From an uncultured Candidatus Rokubacteria bacterium (GTDB lineage Bacteria > Methylomirabilota > Methylomirabilia > Rokubacteriales > CSP1-6), in NCBI GenBank assembly GCA_963789955.1, contig CAWBMV010000006.1:320001-384000 (forward strand): DNA of 64,000 nucleotides, read 5' to 3'. The notes under the pieces were generated by a model. That model was given only the letters and a program-made list of their open reading frames with translations. It searched no databases and was not told where the DNA came from. Of the stretch, positions 33,577-42,839 are shown piece by piece. A program made the translations under genes and the position numbers. The number at the start of each line of letters is the position of its first letter. Positions within the stretch are counted from its first letter, which is position 1.

Positions 33577-33744
33577 ATGATCTACTACGCGCTTGTCTTC
33601 TTGGTCGTGGGGCTCGTGGCCGGTGCGCTCGGATTGTTCGGCATTGCCGCGCTTGCCGGGCAAATTTCGTGGATCCTGTTCCTGATCGGCATCGTCCTGC
33701 TCGTCATCCATCTCGCGAGCGGGCGCAGAGTGCCGATACGGTGA
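33577..33744 (+). CDS. DUF1328/UPF0391 (YtjA-like) small membrane protein, 55 aa, absent from the ORF track
   Basis: MIYYALVFLVVGLVAGALGLFGIAALAGQISWILFLIGIVLLVIHLASGRRVPIR*; GGAGGGAG RBS. Confidence 0.88.
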   Translation: MIYYALVFLVVGLVAGALGLFGIAALAGQISWILFLIGIVLLVIHLASGRRVPIR

Positions 33745-33866
33745 CGGGCGGGACCCTGTAGTTCTTTCCCGGTCGGCTTCACGGAGCGTGTAACAAGTAC
33801 ACGAGGCGCGGCGTCGCGAGGGCGGCGGCGAGAGTGTCGCCGCCGCCCTTTCGCGGACCGATCGAG

Positions 33867-34874
33867 CTACTTCTTGCCGAGCTCGGCGACCGCCCGGTCG
33901 CGATAGGTGAAGTTGAAGAGGCGAGTGGGCGGCATGAGGTCCTTGTACTTGAGGTAGCCGTACTCCAGGCTCAAACGCTGCATCGACTCCAGCACCGCGA
34001 GGTCCATCTCGAGGTTGGCATCGAGCACGTGGGCCCGCGCGCGCCGGATCACGTCGGCCTTGGCGCCGGTGTACTTCACCATCAGGTCGATGTTCCGCTC
34101 CTGCTTCCAGCCGTTGTCCAGCGCGAGGTCACGCGCGGCCTTGAGATAGGCGACCATGACCTTGTGCGCCAGATCCGGATTCTTCGCCGCCCAGTCCTTG
34201 TTCCAGAAGATCGCCGTGATCGGCGTGGCCTTCGCGCCGGCCGGGCGGGGCAGCGGCCGGAGCGCAACGCCGCGCTCCTCCGCCAAGGTCGGGAACGGCT
34301 CGGTGAGAATCGCCGCTTCGATCGCGCCGGACTCGAGCGCCGGCACCATATCGGGGAACGGCATGATCTTGATCTGCACGTCCTTCAAGCCGAGCCCGTC
34401 CCGCTTGAGTGCCTGGTCGAGCATCCATTCGACCGCCGCGCCCCGAACGTTCAGCGCCACCGGCTTGCCCTTCAGATCGCCGATGCGCTTGATCTCCTTC
34501 TCCCACGACGCCTTGCGTACGGTGAAGTAGTCCTCGATGTAGCCCGAGTGCAGGGGGGCCACGAACTCCACGGGCAGAGACGCCGCCACCGCATTGAAGC
34601 CGGCCGCGCCCATCCCGGTGCCGCCCACGTTGAGCTGGCCGGTCGCGACCTGCGAGAGAATCTCGCTCCCGCCGCTCAGGCGAACGATGTCGGCGGTGAT
34701 GTCGGCGGCCGGCAGGTGCCGGTCGGCCATGATGTACAGCGCCGCGAACGAGTCGGAAGGAATGTAGCCGACCTTGACGATAGGCTTCGTCTGCGGCGAC
34801 ACCGGCGTCGCGACGACGAGACCTGCCAGGGCGACCAGGGTCAACCAGACTCGCGGTTTATGCGTCACACTCAT
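33867..34874 (-). CDS. NitT/TauT ABC substrate-binding protein
   Basis: Signal peptide; VKVGYIP, DLKGKPVA, ALESGAIEAAILTEPF. Confidence 0.9.
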   Translation of the reverse strand: MSVTHKPRVWLTLVALAGLVVATPVSPQTKPIVKVGYIPSDSFAALYIMADRHLPAADITADIVRLSGGSEILSQVATGQLNVGGTGMGAAGFNAVAASLPVEFVAPLHSGYIEDYFTVRKASWEKEIKRIGDLKGKPVALNVRGAAVEWMLDQALKRDGLGLKDVQIKIMPFPDMVPALESGAIEAAILTEPFPTLAEERGVALRPLPRPAGAKATPITAIFWNKDWAAKNPDLAHKVMVAYLKAARDLALDNGWKQERNIDLMVKYTGAKADVIRRARAHVLDANLEMDLAVLESMQRLSLEYGYLKYKDLMPPTRLFNFTYRDRAVAELGKK

Positions 34875-34916
34875 GGACGCCTCCGTGTGATCGGTCGAAT
34901 TTCGGGGCGGTGACGC

Positions 34917-35147
34917 TCAGCCGAGCGACTTGACGAGCCGGGCGATTTCGCCGGGCTTCGGCGCGCGCCCCGCCTGGCGTCGTGAGAACACCGTGCGGCC
35001 GTCGACGAGCACGGTCAGCTCGCGGAGGCCGCCCCAGCTGATCTTCGCGGCGACCTGGAGCGTCGTCCGGAGCTCGTTGCGGAGGCGTACCGCCTCCCGT
35101 CTCAGATCCAATCAGATGCCGCAGCGCTTGATCTCGATGTTCAACAT
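34917..35147 (-). CDS. Rdx-family (SelW/SelT/SelH-like) selenoprotein, 76 aa, in-frame UGA = Sec
   Basis: MLNIEIKRCGI-U-LDLRREAVRLRNEL...ISWGGLRELTVLVDGRTVFSRRQAGRAPKPGEIARLV; CxxU motif; hairpin GGAGGCG-GTA-CGCCTCC just 3' of the UGA. Confidence 0.8.
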
Positions 35148-35211
35148 GCGCGGTTTTAGAACACATCGCGGACGAAGGCAAGCGCAAGGATATAATCCCC
35201 GGCGCCGTCCG

Positions 35212-36028
35212 ATGCCCACGCGCGAACCCAAAGTCCTCGTGAACGAGGTCAGCGTGACCTTCGAGAGCCGCGGGCGCTCGGTCGTGGCGCTCGATCGGAT
35301 CTCGCTCCAGGCTCACGCCGGCGAGTTCCTCTGCATCGTCGGACCGAGCGGCAGCGGCAAATCGACCCTGCTCCGGGTGCTGGCCGGTCTGCATCGCCAG
35401 AGCGCCGGCGAGGTCCGCATCGAGGCCGACCACCCGGGAACACCGCTCACCGCGATGGTCTTCCAGGAGCACGCGCTGCTTCCGTGGCGTACCGTCCGCG
35501 ACAACGTCACCTTCGGTCTCGAGAACCGCGGCGTCGCGCGCGCCGAGCGAGAGGCGCGGGCGCGCGAGATGCTGGCGATGGTCGGGCTCACGCGCTTCGC
35601 TCAGCACTACCCGCATCAGCTCTCGGGCGGCATGAAGCAGCGCGTGGGCATCGCGCGCGCCCTCGCCAACGACCCGGAAGTGCTCTTGATGGACGAGCCG
35701 CTCGCGGCGCTCGACGCTCAGACCCGAACCATCATGCAGGAGGAGCTGCTGCGGATCTGGGCGACCCTCGGAAAGACCGTCGTCTACGTGACCCACTCGC
35801 TCGAGGAGGCGCTGCTCCTGGGCGACCGCATCGTGCTCCTCACCGCGCGGCCCGGGCGGGTGAGCCAGGTCTACCCCGTCGATCTCGGCCGGCCGCGAGG
35901 GCTCGAAGTGCGCGGCTCGCCTGCGTACGGGGCGCTGCTCGAGACGATCTGGTCGCGGCTCCGCGAGGAAGTCGTCCGGGCGATGGCGGAGGACCGCGGC
36001 CCTGAATCCGAGCCGGCTCGGCGCATGA
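35212..36028 (+). CDS. NitT/TauT ABC ATP-binding protein (reads through into the permease in this assembly)
   Basis: GPSGSGKST, LSGGMKQR, LLMDEPLAALD, VTHS; TATAAT at 35191; probable ATGA junction at 36025-36028. Confidence 0.85.
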
Positions 36029-36804
36029 CGAGGCGAGGGCGCTGGGTCGCCGAGCACTGGATGGCGATCGCCTCGCCGATCGCGCTTTTGGCCCTGTGGG
36101 AGTGGGCGAGCGCCACGGGGCTCCTGCGCGAGGTCTTCTTCCCGCGACCGTCCACGATCGCCGTCCACCTCCGCGACCTCGCCGCCGACGGCACGCTGTG
36201 GGGCCATCTCGCGACGACCTTGGCTCGAATCGGCTGGTCGTTCTCACTGGCGGCGGTGCTCGGCGTCGCGATCGGCCTGGCGATGGGGCTCTGGCGGCGG
36301 CTTCGCGAGGGTCTCGATCCCGTCTTCGCGGTGATCTATCCGATCCCGAGCGTCCTGTTCCTGCCGCTCGTGAGCTTTCTGGTCCCGCCCGGCGAGGTCG
36401 CGCTGGTGGTGACGACGGCGGTGACGTCGTTCTTCCTGATCGCGTTCACCACGACGCACGGCGTGCGGCAGATCGACCCGCGCGTGGTCGAGGCGGCGCT
36501 CCACTATGGCGCCCGGGGCTGGCGGCTCTTCGCCACGGTGCTCCTGCCGGGGGCGTTGCCGTTCATCTTCACCGGGCTCCGCCTCGGCCTCGGATTCTCG
36601 CTGATCGTCGTCGTGGCCGTGGAGATCGTGGCCGCCAGCCGCGGGCTCGGCGCGCTCCTCTGGCTCTCCTGGCAGATCCTCAAGGTCGAGGACATGTACG
36701 CGACGTTCTTCGTCATCGCGCTGCTCGGCGCGCTCCTGTCCTACGGTCTGGCGGCGCTTCGCGCGCGGCTCCTGCCCTGGGTGCCCGACGTGGGGGATCG
36801 CTAG
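36025..36804 (+). CDS. NitT/TauT ABC permease
   Basis: LLALWEW, FPRPS, YPIPSVLFLPL, EAALHYGA, LLPGALPFIFTGLRLG. Confidence 0.88.
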   Translation: MTRRGRWVAEHWMAIASPIALLALWEWASATGLLREVFFPRPSTIAVHLRDLAADGTLWGHLATTLARIGWSFSLAAVLGVAIGLAMGLWRRLREGLDPVFAVIYPIPSVLFLPLVSFLVPPGEVALVVTTAVTSFFLIAFTTTHGVRQIDPRVVEAALHYGARGWRLFATVLLPGALPFIFTGLRLGLGFSLIVVVAVEIVAASRGLGALLWLSWQILKVEDMYATFFVIALLGALLSYGLAALRARLLPWVPDVGDR

Positions 36805-37546
36805 ATGGGCATCGCGGTGCCCGCGGCCGCTCTCGCCCTGTGGGAGCTCTGCGCGAGGCTCGCGATCATCTCGCCGCGGTACTTCCCTCCGCCCACCACG
36901 GTGGCATGGACCCTGGTCGATCGACTGGTCGCCGGGGACCTCGGCACGGATCTGCTGGTCACGTTGACGCGGCTCGCCGTCGCCTTCGCGCTGGCCGCTG
37001 TCCCCGCGGTCCCCCTCGGACTTCTCATGGGCATGGCGCGACCGGTGCGCGACCTCGTCGAGCCCTACATCGCGTTCATCTGTGCCCGTCCCGAAGATCG
37101 CCTTGCTCCCGTTCCTGATGATCATCCTCGGTGTCGGCGAGCCCGCCTTCGTCCTGACGGGCGCGAGCTCGGCCTTCTTCCAGATCGTCATCAGCACCCT
37201 CGCCGGCGTGCAGACGATGGACCCGCGCCTGATCGAGGTCGGGCGCAACTACGGCGCGCACGGCACACGTCTCTTCTGGAAGGTGATCCTTCCGGCCGCG
37301 CTCCCGGCGATCTTCACCGGTCTCAGGCTCGGCCTCGGCCTGTCGCTCGTCACGCTCGTCGCCGTCGAGTTCGTCGCCGCGAAGTCAGGCCTCGGCCATC
37401 TCGTCTATCGCCACTGGCAAATGCTGAGCACTCCGGAGATGTACGCGGCCTTCGCGCTCGTCGGCGCGCTCGGCCTGGTGCTCACGCGCGGGCTCCGCGT
37501 GCTTCAGGCGCGCGTGCTGAGCTGGCAGGAAGACATCGGGGTCTAG
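36805..37546 (+). CDS. NitT/TauT ABC permease; indel near 37085
   Basis: LALWEL, FPPPT, PVPKIALLP, VILPAALPAIFTGLRLG, EFVAAKSGLG. Confidence 0.88.
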
Positions 37547-37563
37547 GCTCGCGCGCGCGATGC

Positions 37564-38151
37564 TCAGAGAAGCGTGCACGCCTCGTCGAACTCCAGCCGC
37601 GGCAGCTTCGCCATGACCTTCGACGGGTCGCCGTGGCCGACGTTGCACAGAAAGTTCGACTTGATCCGGCCGTCCGGGAAGAACTCGGCGTCGACCTTGG
37701 CGTTGTCGAACCCGGACATGCCCCCGACGTCGAGCCCGATCGCGCGCGCGGCGAGCATGAAGTAGGCGCCCTGGAGCGTGCCGTTGCGGAACGCGACGGT
37801 CTCGGCCAGCTTCGCGTTCGCCTCGTACGGGTTCTTCATCTCGGGGCGGTGAGGGAAGAGCTTCGGGAGCAGCTCGAAGAACCGCGTGTCGTAGCCGATG
37901 ATCGCGGTGACCGGCGCGGCTTTCGTCTTGTCCACGTTGCCGGGAGACAGCGCCGGGATCAAACGCGCCTTCGCCTCCGGGGTCCGGACGAAGAGGACTC
38001 GCGCCGGACACGAGTTGGCGCTCGTCGGGCCCGACCGCATGATCTGGTAGATCGCCCGCAGCTGGTCGTCGGTGACCGGCGTCGGGAGCCAGCCGTTCTG
38101 CGTCCGGGCGTTGAGAAACAAGAGGTCGAGGGACTTCTCGTCGAGCGTCAC
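37564..38151 (-). CDS. rutE: Malonic semialdehyde reductase RutE-like nitroreductase
   Basis: LFLNARTQNGW, GPTSANSCPAR, KTKAAPVTAI, RNGTLQGAY, GGMSGFD, SNFLCNVGHGD, LPRLEFDEAC. Confidence 0.85.
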   Translation of the reverse strand: MTLDEKSLDLLFLNARTQNGWLPTPVTDDQLRAIYQIMRSGPTSANSCPARVLFVRTPEAKARLIPALSPGNVDKTKAAPVTAIIGYDTRFFELLPKLFPHRPEMKNPYEANAKLAETVAFRNGTLQGAYFMLAARAIGLDVGGMSGFDNAKVDAEFFPDGRIKSNFLCNVGHGDPSKVMAKLPRLEFDEACTLL

Positions 38152-40496
38152 GCAGCTCCTCCTGATCGTTGTCCGTTCTGCTTCGCGTCCTGGATGGCCT
38201 GCCATACGCGCTCGGGCGAGGCGGGCATGTCGAGCTGCCGCACGCCGACCGCGGCGAGCGCGTCGATCACCGCGTTCATGACCGCGGGCAGGGCGCCGAC
38301 CGTCCCGGCTTCGCCCGCGCCCTTGGCGCCCAGCGGATTCAGCTTCGTCGGCACCGGATTGCTCTCGATGTGCATGTCGGGGAACGTGTCGCCGCGCGGC
38401 ATCGCGTAGTCCATGAACGAGGCCGTCAGCAGCTGACCCGACTCGCGGTCGTAGACGACCTGCTCCATCAGCGCCTGGCCCACGCCCTGCGCCACGCCGC
38501 CGTGGATCTGGCCCTTGAGGGTCACCGGGTTGATGACGGTTCCGACGTCGTCGACGATCGCGTAGCTCACGATCGCGACGGCACCGGAATCGGGATCGAC
38601 TTCCACCTCGCAGACGTGGCAGCCGTTCGGCCACGTCGCCTGCTTGGGCGAGAAGGTGCCGGTCTCGTAGAGGCCGGGCTCGACGCCGGGCGGAAGCTGA
38701 TTCGGCTGGAAGGCCGCGCGCGCGACCTCCTTGAGCCCGACGGCGCGATCGGTCCCGACGACGCCGAACTGCCGTCGGCGAACGTGACGTCCGCTTCCGC
38801 GGCTTCCAGCAAGCGCGCCGCGATCTTCTTGCCCTTGGTGATGACCTTGTCGGCCGCCTGCCACAGCGCGGTGCCGCCGATGACGGTCGAGCGCGAGCCC
38901 ATCGTGCCCATGCCGAAGGCGACCCGGTCCGTATCGCCGTCCACGTACGAGCACGTCGGCCGGATCGAGGCCGAGCCGCTCGTTCAGGATTTGCTTGAAG
39001 GTGGTCTCGTGGCCCTGGCCCTGGTTCTTGGAGCCCATCAGGACCGTCGCGCTCCCGCTGGGCGCGAATCGGATCTCGGCGAACTCGGGCTGCGGCCCGG
39101 CCGCCTGCTCGATCGGGTTGACGATGGCCAGACCGCGCAGCTTGCCGCGCCGACGGGACTCGTCGCGGCGCCTCGCGAAGCCGGCGACATCGCCGAGCTT
39201 GAGCCCCTTTTCCATGTTCGTCGTGAAGTCGCCGGAGTCGTAGGTCGCGCCGAGCGGGTTCTTGTACGGCATCGCGGAGAGGGGAATCAGGTTCTTCCGG
39301 CGGAGCTCGACCGGATCGAGGCCGAGCTCGCGGGCGGTGTCGTCGATCAGCCGCTCGAGGACGTACGTCGCCTCCGGCCGGCCGGCGCCCCGATACGGCG
39401 CCGTCGAGTTCGTGTTGGTCATGACACTGGTCACGTGCACGTAGGCGGCGGCGAACTTGTAGACGCCGACCAGGGTGACCACGTTGCTGAACGTGGCGAG
39501 CAGATTCCGGTCCGAGGAGACATAGGCCCCGACGTTCGCGAGCGTATGCACGCGCAGGCCGAGGAAGCGACCCTCGGCGTCGAGCGCGATCTCGGCGTCG
39601 CTCACGTTGTCGCGCGCATGCTCGTCGGCCAGGATCGCCTCGCGGCGCTCGCACTGCCACCGGACCGGCCGGCCCAGCTTGCGCGCCGCCCAGAGGACCA
39701 GCTTGTGCTCGGGATACTGCCAGCCCTTGGTGCCGAAGGCGCCGCCGACGTCGCCCGCGACCACCCGGATCTTGTGCTCGGGAATCTTGAAGATGCTGCT
39801 CGCCAGCGCGTTCCGGACGCGATGCGGATACTGGACGTCGGCGTAGAGCGTGTACCGGTCGTCGTTCGGATCGTAGACACCGAGCGAGCCGCGCGGCTCC
39901 ATGAACTGGGCGTGCACCCGCGTGATCACGTAGCGACGGCGGACGATGCGATGAGCGTTCGCGAACGCCGCCTCGGTCGCCGCCTTGTCGCCCGACTCGA
40001 AGATGTTGCTGATATTGTCGGGACACTCGTCCCAGACGGGCGCGGCGCCGGGCTCGGTGGAATCCGCGGTGGCCGTCACCGACGGCAGGGGCTCGTAGTC
40101 GATCTGGACGAGATCCGCCGCATCCTCGGCCTGCGCCCGCGTCTCGGCCACGACCATCGCAACCGGGTCGCCGACGTAGCGCGCCCGATCGCGGCTCAGA
40201 CCGCGGTGCGGGCGGGCGAACATCGGGCCGCCGTCCGGGCGCTTGCGCTTCAAGGTCATGGACATCGTGCCCAGACCTTCGACGTCGGCGCCGGTGAACA
40301 CGGCCAGGACCCCGGGCGCTCGCAACGCGACCGCCGAATCGATCGCGCGGATCCGGGCGTGCGCGTGCACGGAGCGCAGGATCACGGCGTGCGCCTGACC
40401 CGGGACGTTGACGTCGTCGAGATAGCGGCCCTTGCCGCGCAAGAGCCGGACGTCCTCGACTCGCTTGATTCCCTGACCGATTCCAAACTCGCCCAT
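38148..40496 (-). CDS. Xanthine dehydrogenase/CoxL-like molybdopterin-binding subunit; two compensating indels near 38945 and 38770
   Basis: RVEDVRLLRGKGRY, MEPRG, DVGGAFG, PYRGAGRPE, QGQGHET, GTMGSRS (other frame), GQIHGG, GAKGAGE. Confidence 0.92.
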   Translation of the reverse strand: MGEFGIGQGIKRVEDVRLLRGKGRYLDDVNVPGQAHAVILRSVHAHARIRAIDSAVALRAPGVLAVFTGADVEGLGTMSMTLKRKRPDGGPMFARPHRGLSRDRARYVGDPVAMVVAETRAQAEDAADLVQIDYEPLPSVTATADSTEPGAAPVWDECPDNISNIFESGDKAATEAAFANAHRIVRRRYVITRVHAQFMEPRGSLGVYDPNDDRYTLYADVQYPHRVRNALASSIFKIPEHKIRVVAGDVGGAFGTKGWQYPEHKLVLWAARKLGRPVRWQCERREAILADEHARDNVSDAEIALDAEGRFLGLRVHTLANVGAYVSSDRNLLATFSNVVTLVGVYKFAAAYVHVTSVMTNTNSTAPYRGAGRPEATYVLERLIDDTARELGLDPVELRRKNLIPLSAMPYKNPLGATYDSGDFTTNMEKGLKLGDVAGFARRRDESRRRGKLRGLAIVNPIEQAAGPQPEFAEIRFAPSGSATVLMGSKNQGQGHETTFKQILNERLGLDPADVLVRGRRYGPGRLRHGHDGLALDRHRRHRAVAGGRQGHHQGQEDRGALAGSRGSGRHVRRRQFGVVGTDRAVGLKEVARAAFQPNQLPPGVEPGLYETGTFSPKQATWPNGCHVCEVEVDPDSGAVAIVSYAIVDDVGTVINPVTLKGQIHGGVAQGVGQALMEQVVYDRESGQLLTASFMDYAMPRGDTFPDMHIESNPVPTKLNPLGAKGAGEAGTVGALPAVMNAVIDALAAVGVRQLDMPASPERVWQAIQDAKQNGQRSGGAA

Positions 40497-40515
40497 CAGC
40501 GCATCGCTCCTCTGT

Positions 40516-41724
40516 TCACGGGGGGAGCAGGCGGGCGCCGGGCGCCGCGAACTCCTTGGGCCACACCACGACCCACTTGCCGTCCTGCACCTGCTTCACC
40601 TTTGAAAGATCGTCACCGTAGTTGTTGGGGCCGTCGAAGCGGAAGCGGCCGACGATCGTCTGCACCTGATTCTTTCGGAGCCACTGGGCCAGCACCTTGT
40701 CATCGAGGCTCTTGGTGGCGGTGACCGCCGCTTCGAGCATCTGCCAGGCGGCATACGAGCCGGCCGCCTGCGTGTCGACGTTCGTGTAGGGCACCCCGGC
40801 CTTGGCCGCGCGCTCATGGTAGAGCGTCGCGAACTTGGCCGCCGCGGGATTGTTCGTGAACGGCGGATGCTCCTCGAAGAACGTGTTCGAGAGCGCGAGC
40901 TTGGCTTCCGGAGCCACCGCCATCGGGCCCGGGGCCGGGAACAGGTGATAGTGGCGGCGCGGCGTGTAGTCGAGACGCTTCAGCTCCTCCAGGACAAGGT
41001 TTCCATCGAGGCCGAGCGCGCCGACCCAGAGGAGGTCCGGATTGGCGTCCTTGATGCGGGCGGCGATGGGGCCGAAATCGCGCGTGCCGAATTCGTACTC
41101 GAGATAGAGCACGACCTTGAGCCCGTGCTGCGGCGCGACGTCGCGCGCGCCGGCGGACTGGAACTGCGCCGACGGGAACTTGCTGGTGACGATCGCAACC
41201 GTCTTCGGGGGCGTCGCGGTCGCGGCCACGGCATCGAAGACGATTCCGGGTACCGTCTTGTTGGGCTCGGGCCCGAACGGCGCCGCCGGGAACTGCATCT
41301 CGTACTTCGCGAGATGCGGCATGCCGAAGCTATGATGGATGAGCAGCTTCTGGTAACGCTGCGCCACCCCCATCGCGGCGATGATGCCTCCCGTCGCGTA
41401 GGGGCCCATCAGCAAGTCGACCTTGTCCACCGTGATGAGCTTCTCGTAGAGACTCCGCGTCACCTCGGGCTTGGACTGATCGTCGAGCAGGATCCACTCG
41501 ACGGGACGGCCGAGCAGACCGTTGTTGCGGTTCAACTCCTCGACGTAGATCTCGGCGGTGATCTTGTGCAGGAGCGCGGTCGCCGCGAGCGGGCCGGTGA
41601 GCGCCAGGGTGCCACCGATCTTGATCGGCGGGCCCGAGGGCGCCGCCACTGCCCCGAAGGCGAGCGCCATGAGGAGGATGACGGCGAGGAGGCTCGTGAG
41701 AGCCGAAGTCCTGTGCGAGAGCAT
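40516..41724 (-). CDS. Branched-chain amino acid (LivJ-like) ABC substrate-binding protein
   Basis: Signal peptide; PIKIGGTLALTGP, GLLGRPVE..DDQSKP, DKVDLLMGPY. Confidence 0.9.
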   Translation of the reverse strand: MLSHRTSALTSLLAVILLMALAFGAVAAPSGPPIKIGGTLALTGPLAATALLHKITAEIYVEELNRNNGLLGRPVEWILLDDQSKPEVTRSLYEKLITVDKVDLLMGPYATGGIIAAMGVAQRYQKLLIHHSFGMPHLAKYEMQFPAAPFGPEPNKTVPGIVFDAVAATATPPKTVAIVTSKFPSAQFQSAGARDVAPQHGLKVVLYLEYEFGTRDFGPIAARIKDANPDLLWVGALGLDGNLVLEELKRLDYTPRRHYHLFPAPGPMAVAPEAKLALSNTFFEEHPPFTNNPAAAKFATLYHERAAKAGVPYTNVDTQAAGSYAAWQMLEAAVTATKSLDDKVLAQWLRKNQVQTIVGRFRFDGPNNYGDDLSKVKQVQDGKWVVVWPKEFAAPGARLLPP

Positions 41725-41881
41725 CGTCTGCCTCCTCTGACAGCGGGGAGAGTCGCGCCGGATCAGTCGTCGTCGCGCCGATCGGGCGACGTCATACGTC
41801 GGCGGGCGATATGCGCGAGCGATCGCGGCGAGCCTAACCGGGCGGGGAGTCGTGAGTCAAGGGGCCGGGCCCCCGAACTGA

Positions 41882-42253
41882 CTAGTGCGTGTGGTCGGCC
41901 AGCTCGAGGCGTAGCTGCGACAGCTCGACCGGCTTGTGGAGCACGGCGACGACACCAGGCTCCACCCGATAGCCGTGCGCGTCGTCATCGAAGCTGGTGA
42001 TGACGATGGCGGACGTGCTGGGCTCGTAGCGTCGCGCGAAGCGGAGGAGATCGAGCACGTTCAACGTGACGTGGCGCTCGGACTGCACGTTGTCGTCCAG
42101 CAACAGCAGGTCATAGGGACGCGAGAAGATCGACGCGAAGCCCGCCCACATGTCCTCGGCCAGCTTCACGTCGTGACCGTCCGCGCACAGAATCTCGCGA
42201 AGCCCTTCCCGGGCGTGACGCTCGCGCTCGACAACGAGGATGCTCAGCGACAT
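41882..42253 (-). CDS. Single-domain response regulator (receiver), degenerate acidic pocket
   Basis: SILVVERE, YDLLLLD, IVITS, LHKPV. Confidence 0.75.
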   Translation of the reverse strand: MSLSILVVERERHAREGLREILCADGHDVKLAEDMWAGFASIFSRPYDLLLLDDNVQSERHVTLNVLDLLRFARRYEPSTSAIVITSFDDDAHGYRVEPGVVAVLHKPVELSQLRLELADHTH

Positions 42254-42276
42254 GGTCCACCCCTGACCATTCCAGG

Positions 42277-42292
42277 AGCAACGACCGTGCCC
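42277..42292 (-). promoter_or_regulatory. sigma54 promoter upstream of the receiver gene
   Basis: GGGCAC-GGTCG-TTGCT on the - strand. Confidence 0.6.
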
Positions 42293-42399
42293 GGCGCGAG
42301 AGTGACGGTGACAAGGCGGCAAGTAGCGGAAACTACGGGCCGCCGACGGAGCCGGCGTCCCGCCGTCCGGGCGGGCGTGAAAGAACTACCTCGTACGAG

Positions 42400-42839
42400 T
42401 TACTTGGTTGCCGCGGCGAGGTCGTCGGTCAGCGCGCGAGCCTTACCGGCAAGGTTCGCGGCGCGCTGGTAGTCCTTCTGGTCGAGTGCGCTGCGCGCCT
42501 GATCGAGGAAGTTTTTCGCGGTCCGCAAGGATTCTTGCTGGGGCGGCTTCAAGGCGCGCCCTTCGAGCTCCCCCAGAGTTCGCGCGACATCGACAATGTT
42601 CTGCTGGGTGCTGTCGAGGAGCCGCTGCTCCTCAGCCGGCGGCACTTCCGGCCGGAGCGGGCCCGCCGGCGAGGTCGCGCCGGGTCTGGGCGCCGCGGTC
42701 GCGGCGCGCGTCGGCGCGGGGCTGGCGGCGGTCGTCGCGGCGCCGCCGGAGCAGCCGGTTTCTTGACGACGGCCTCGTTCCCGGCGCAACCGGACAGGAA
42801 CAACAGCGCCGACGCCGGAAGCAGGATCCGCTTCGTCAC
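42400..42839 (-). CDS. Lipoprotein with Pro/Ala-rich linker and C-terminal helical domain; indel in linker
   Basis: MTKRILLPASALLFLSG-C lipobox; C-terminus LRPEVPPAEEQRLL...AKNFLDQARSALDQKDYQRAANLAGKARAL. Confidence 0.75.

Noticed and set aside
35212..36804. Apparent ABC ATPase-permease fusion (624-aa ORF)
   Set aside because: An ATGA stop/start overlap at 36025-36028 sits exactly at the domain boundary, so one indel would create the fusion. Needs a read check.
38148..40496. Aerobic CO dehydrogenase
   Set aside because: It lacks the form I AYxCSFR motif and has no coxM/coxS or accessory genes nearby.
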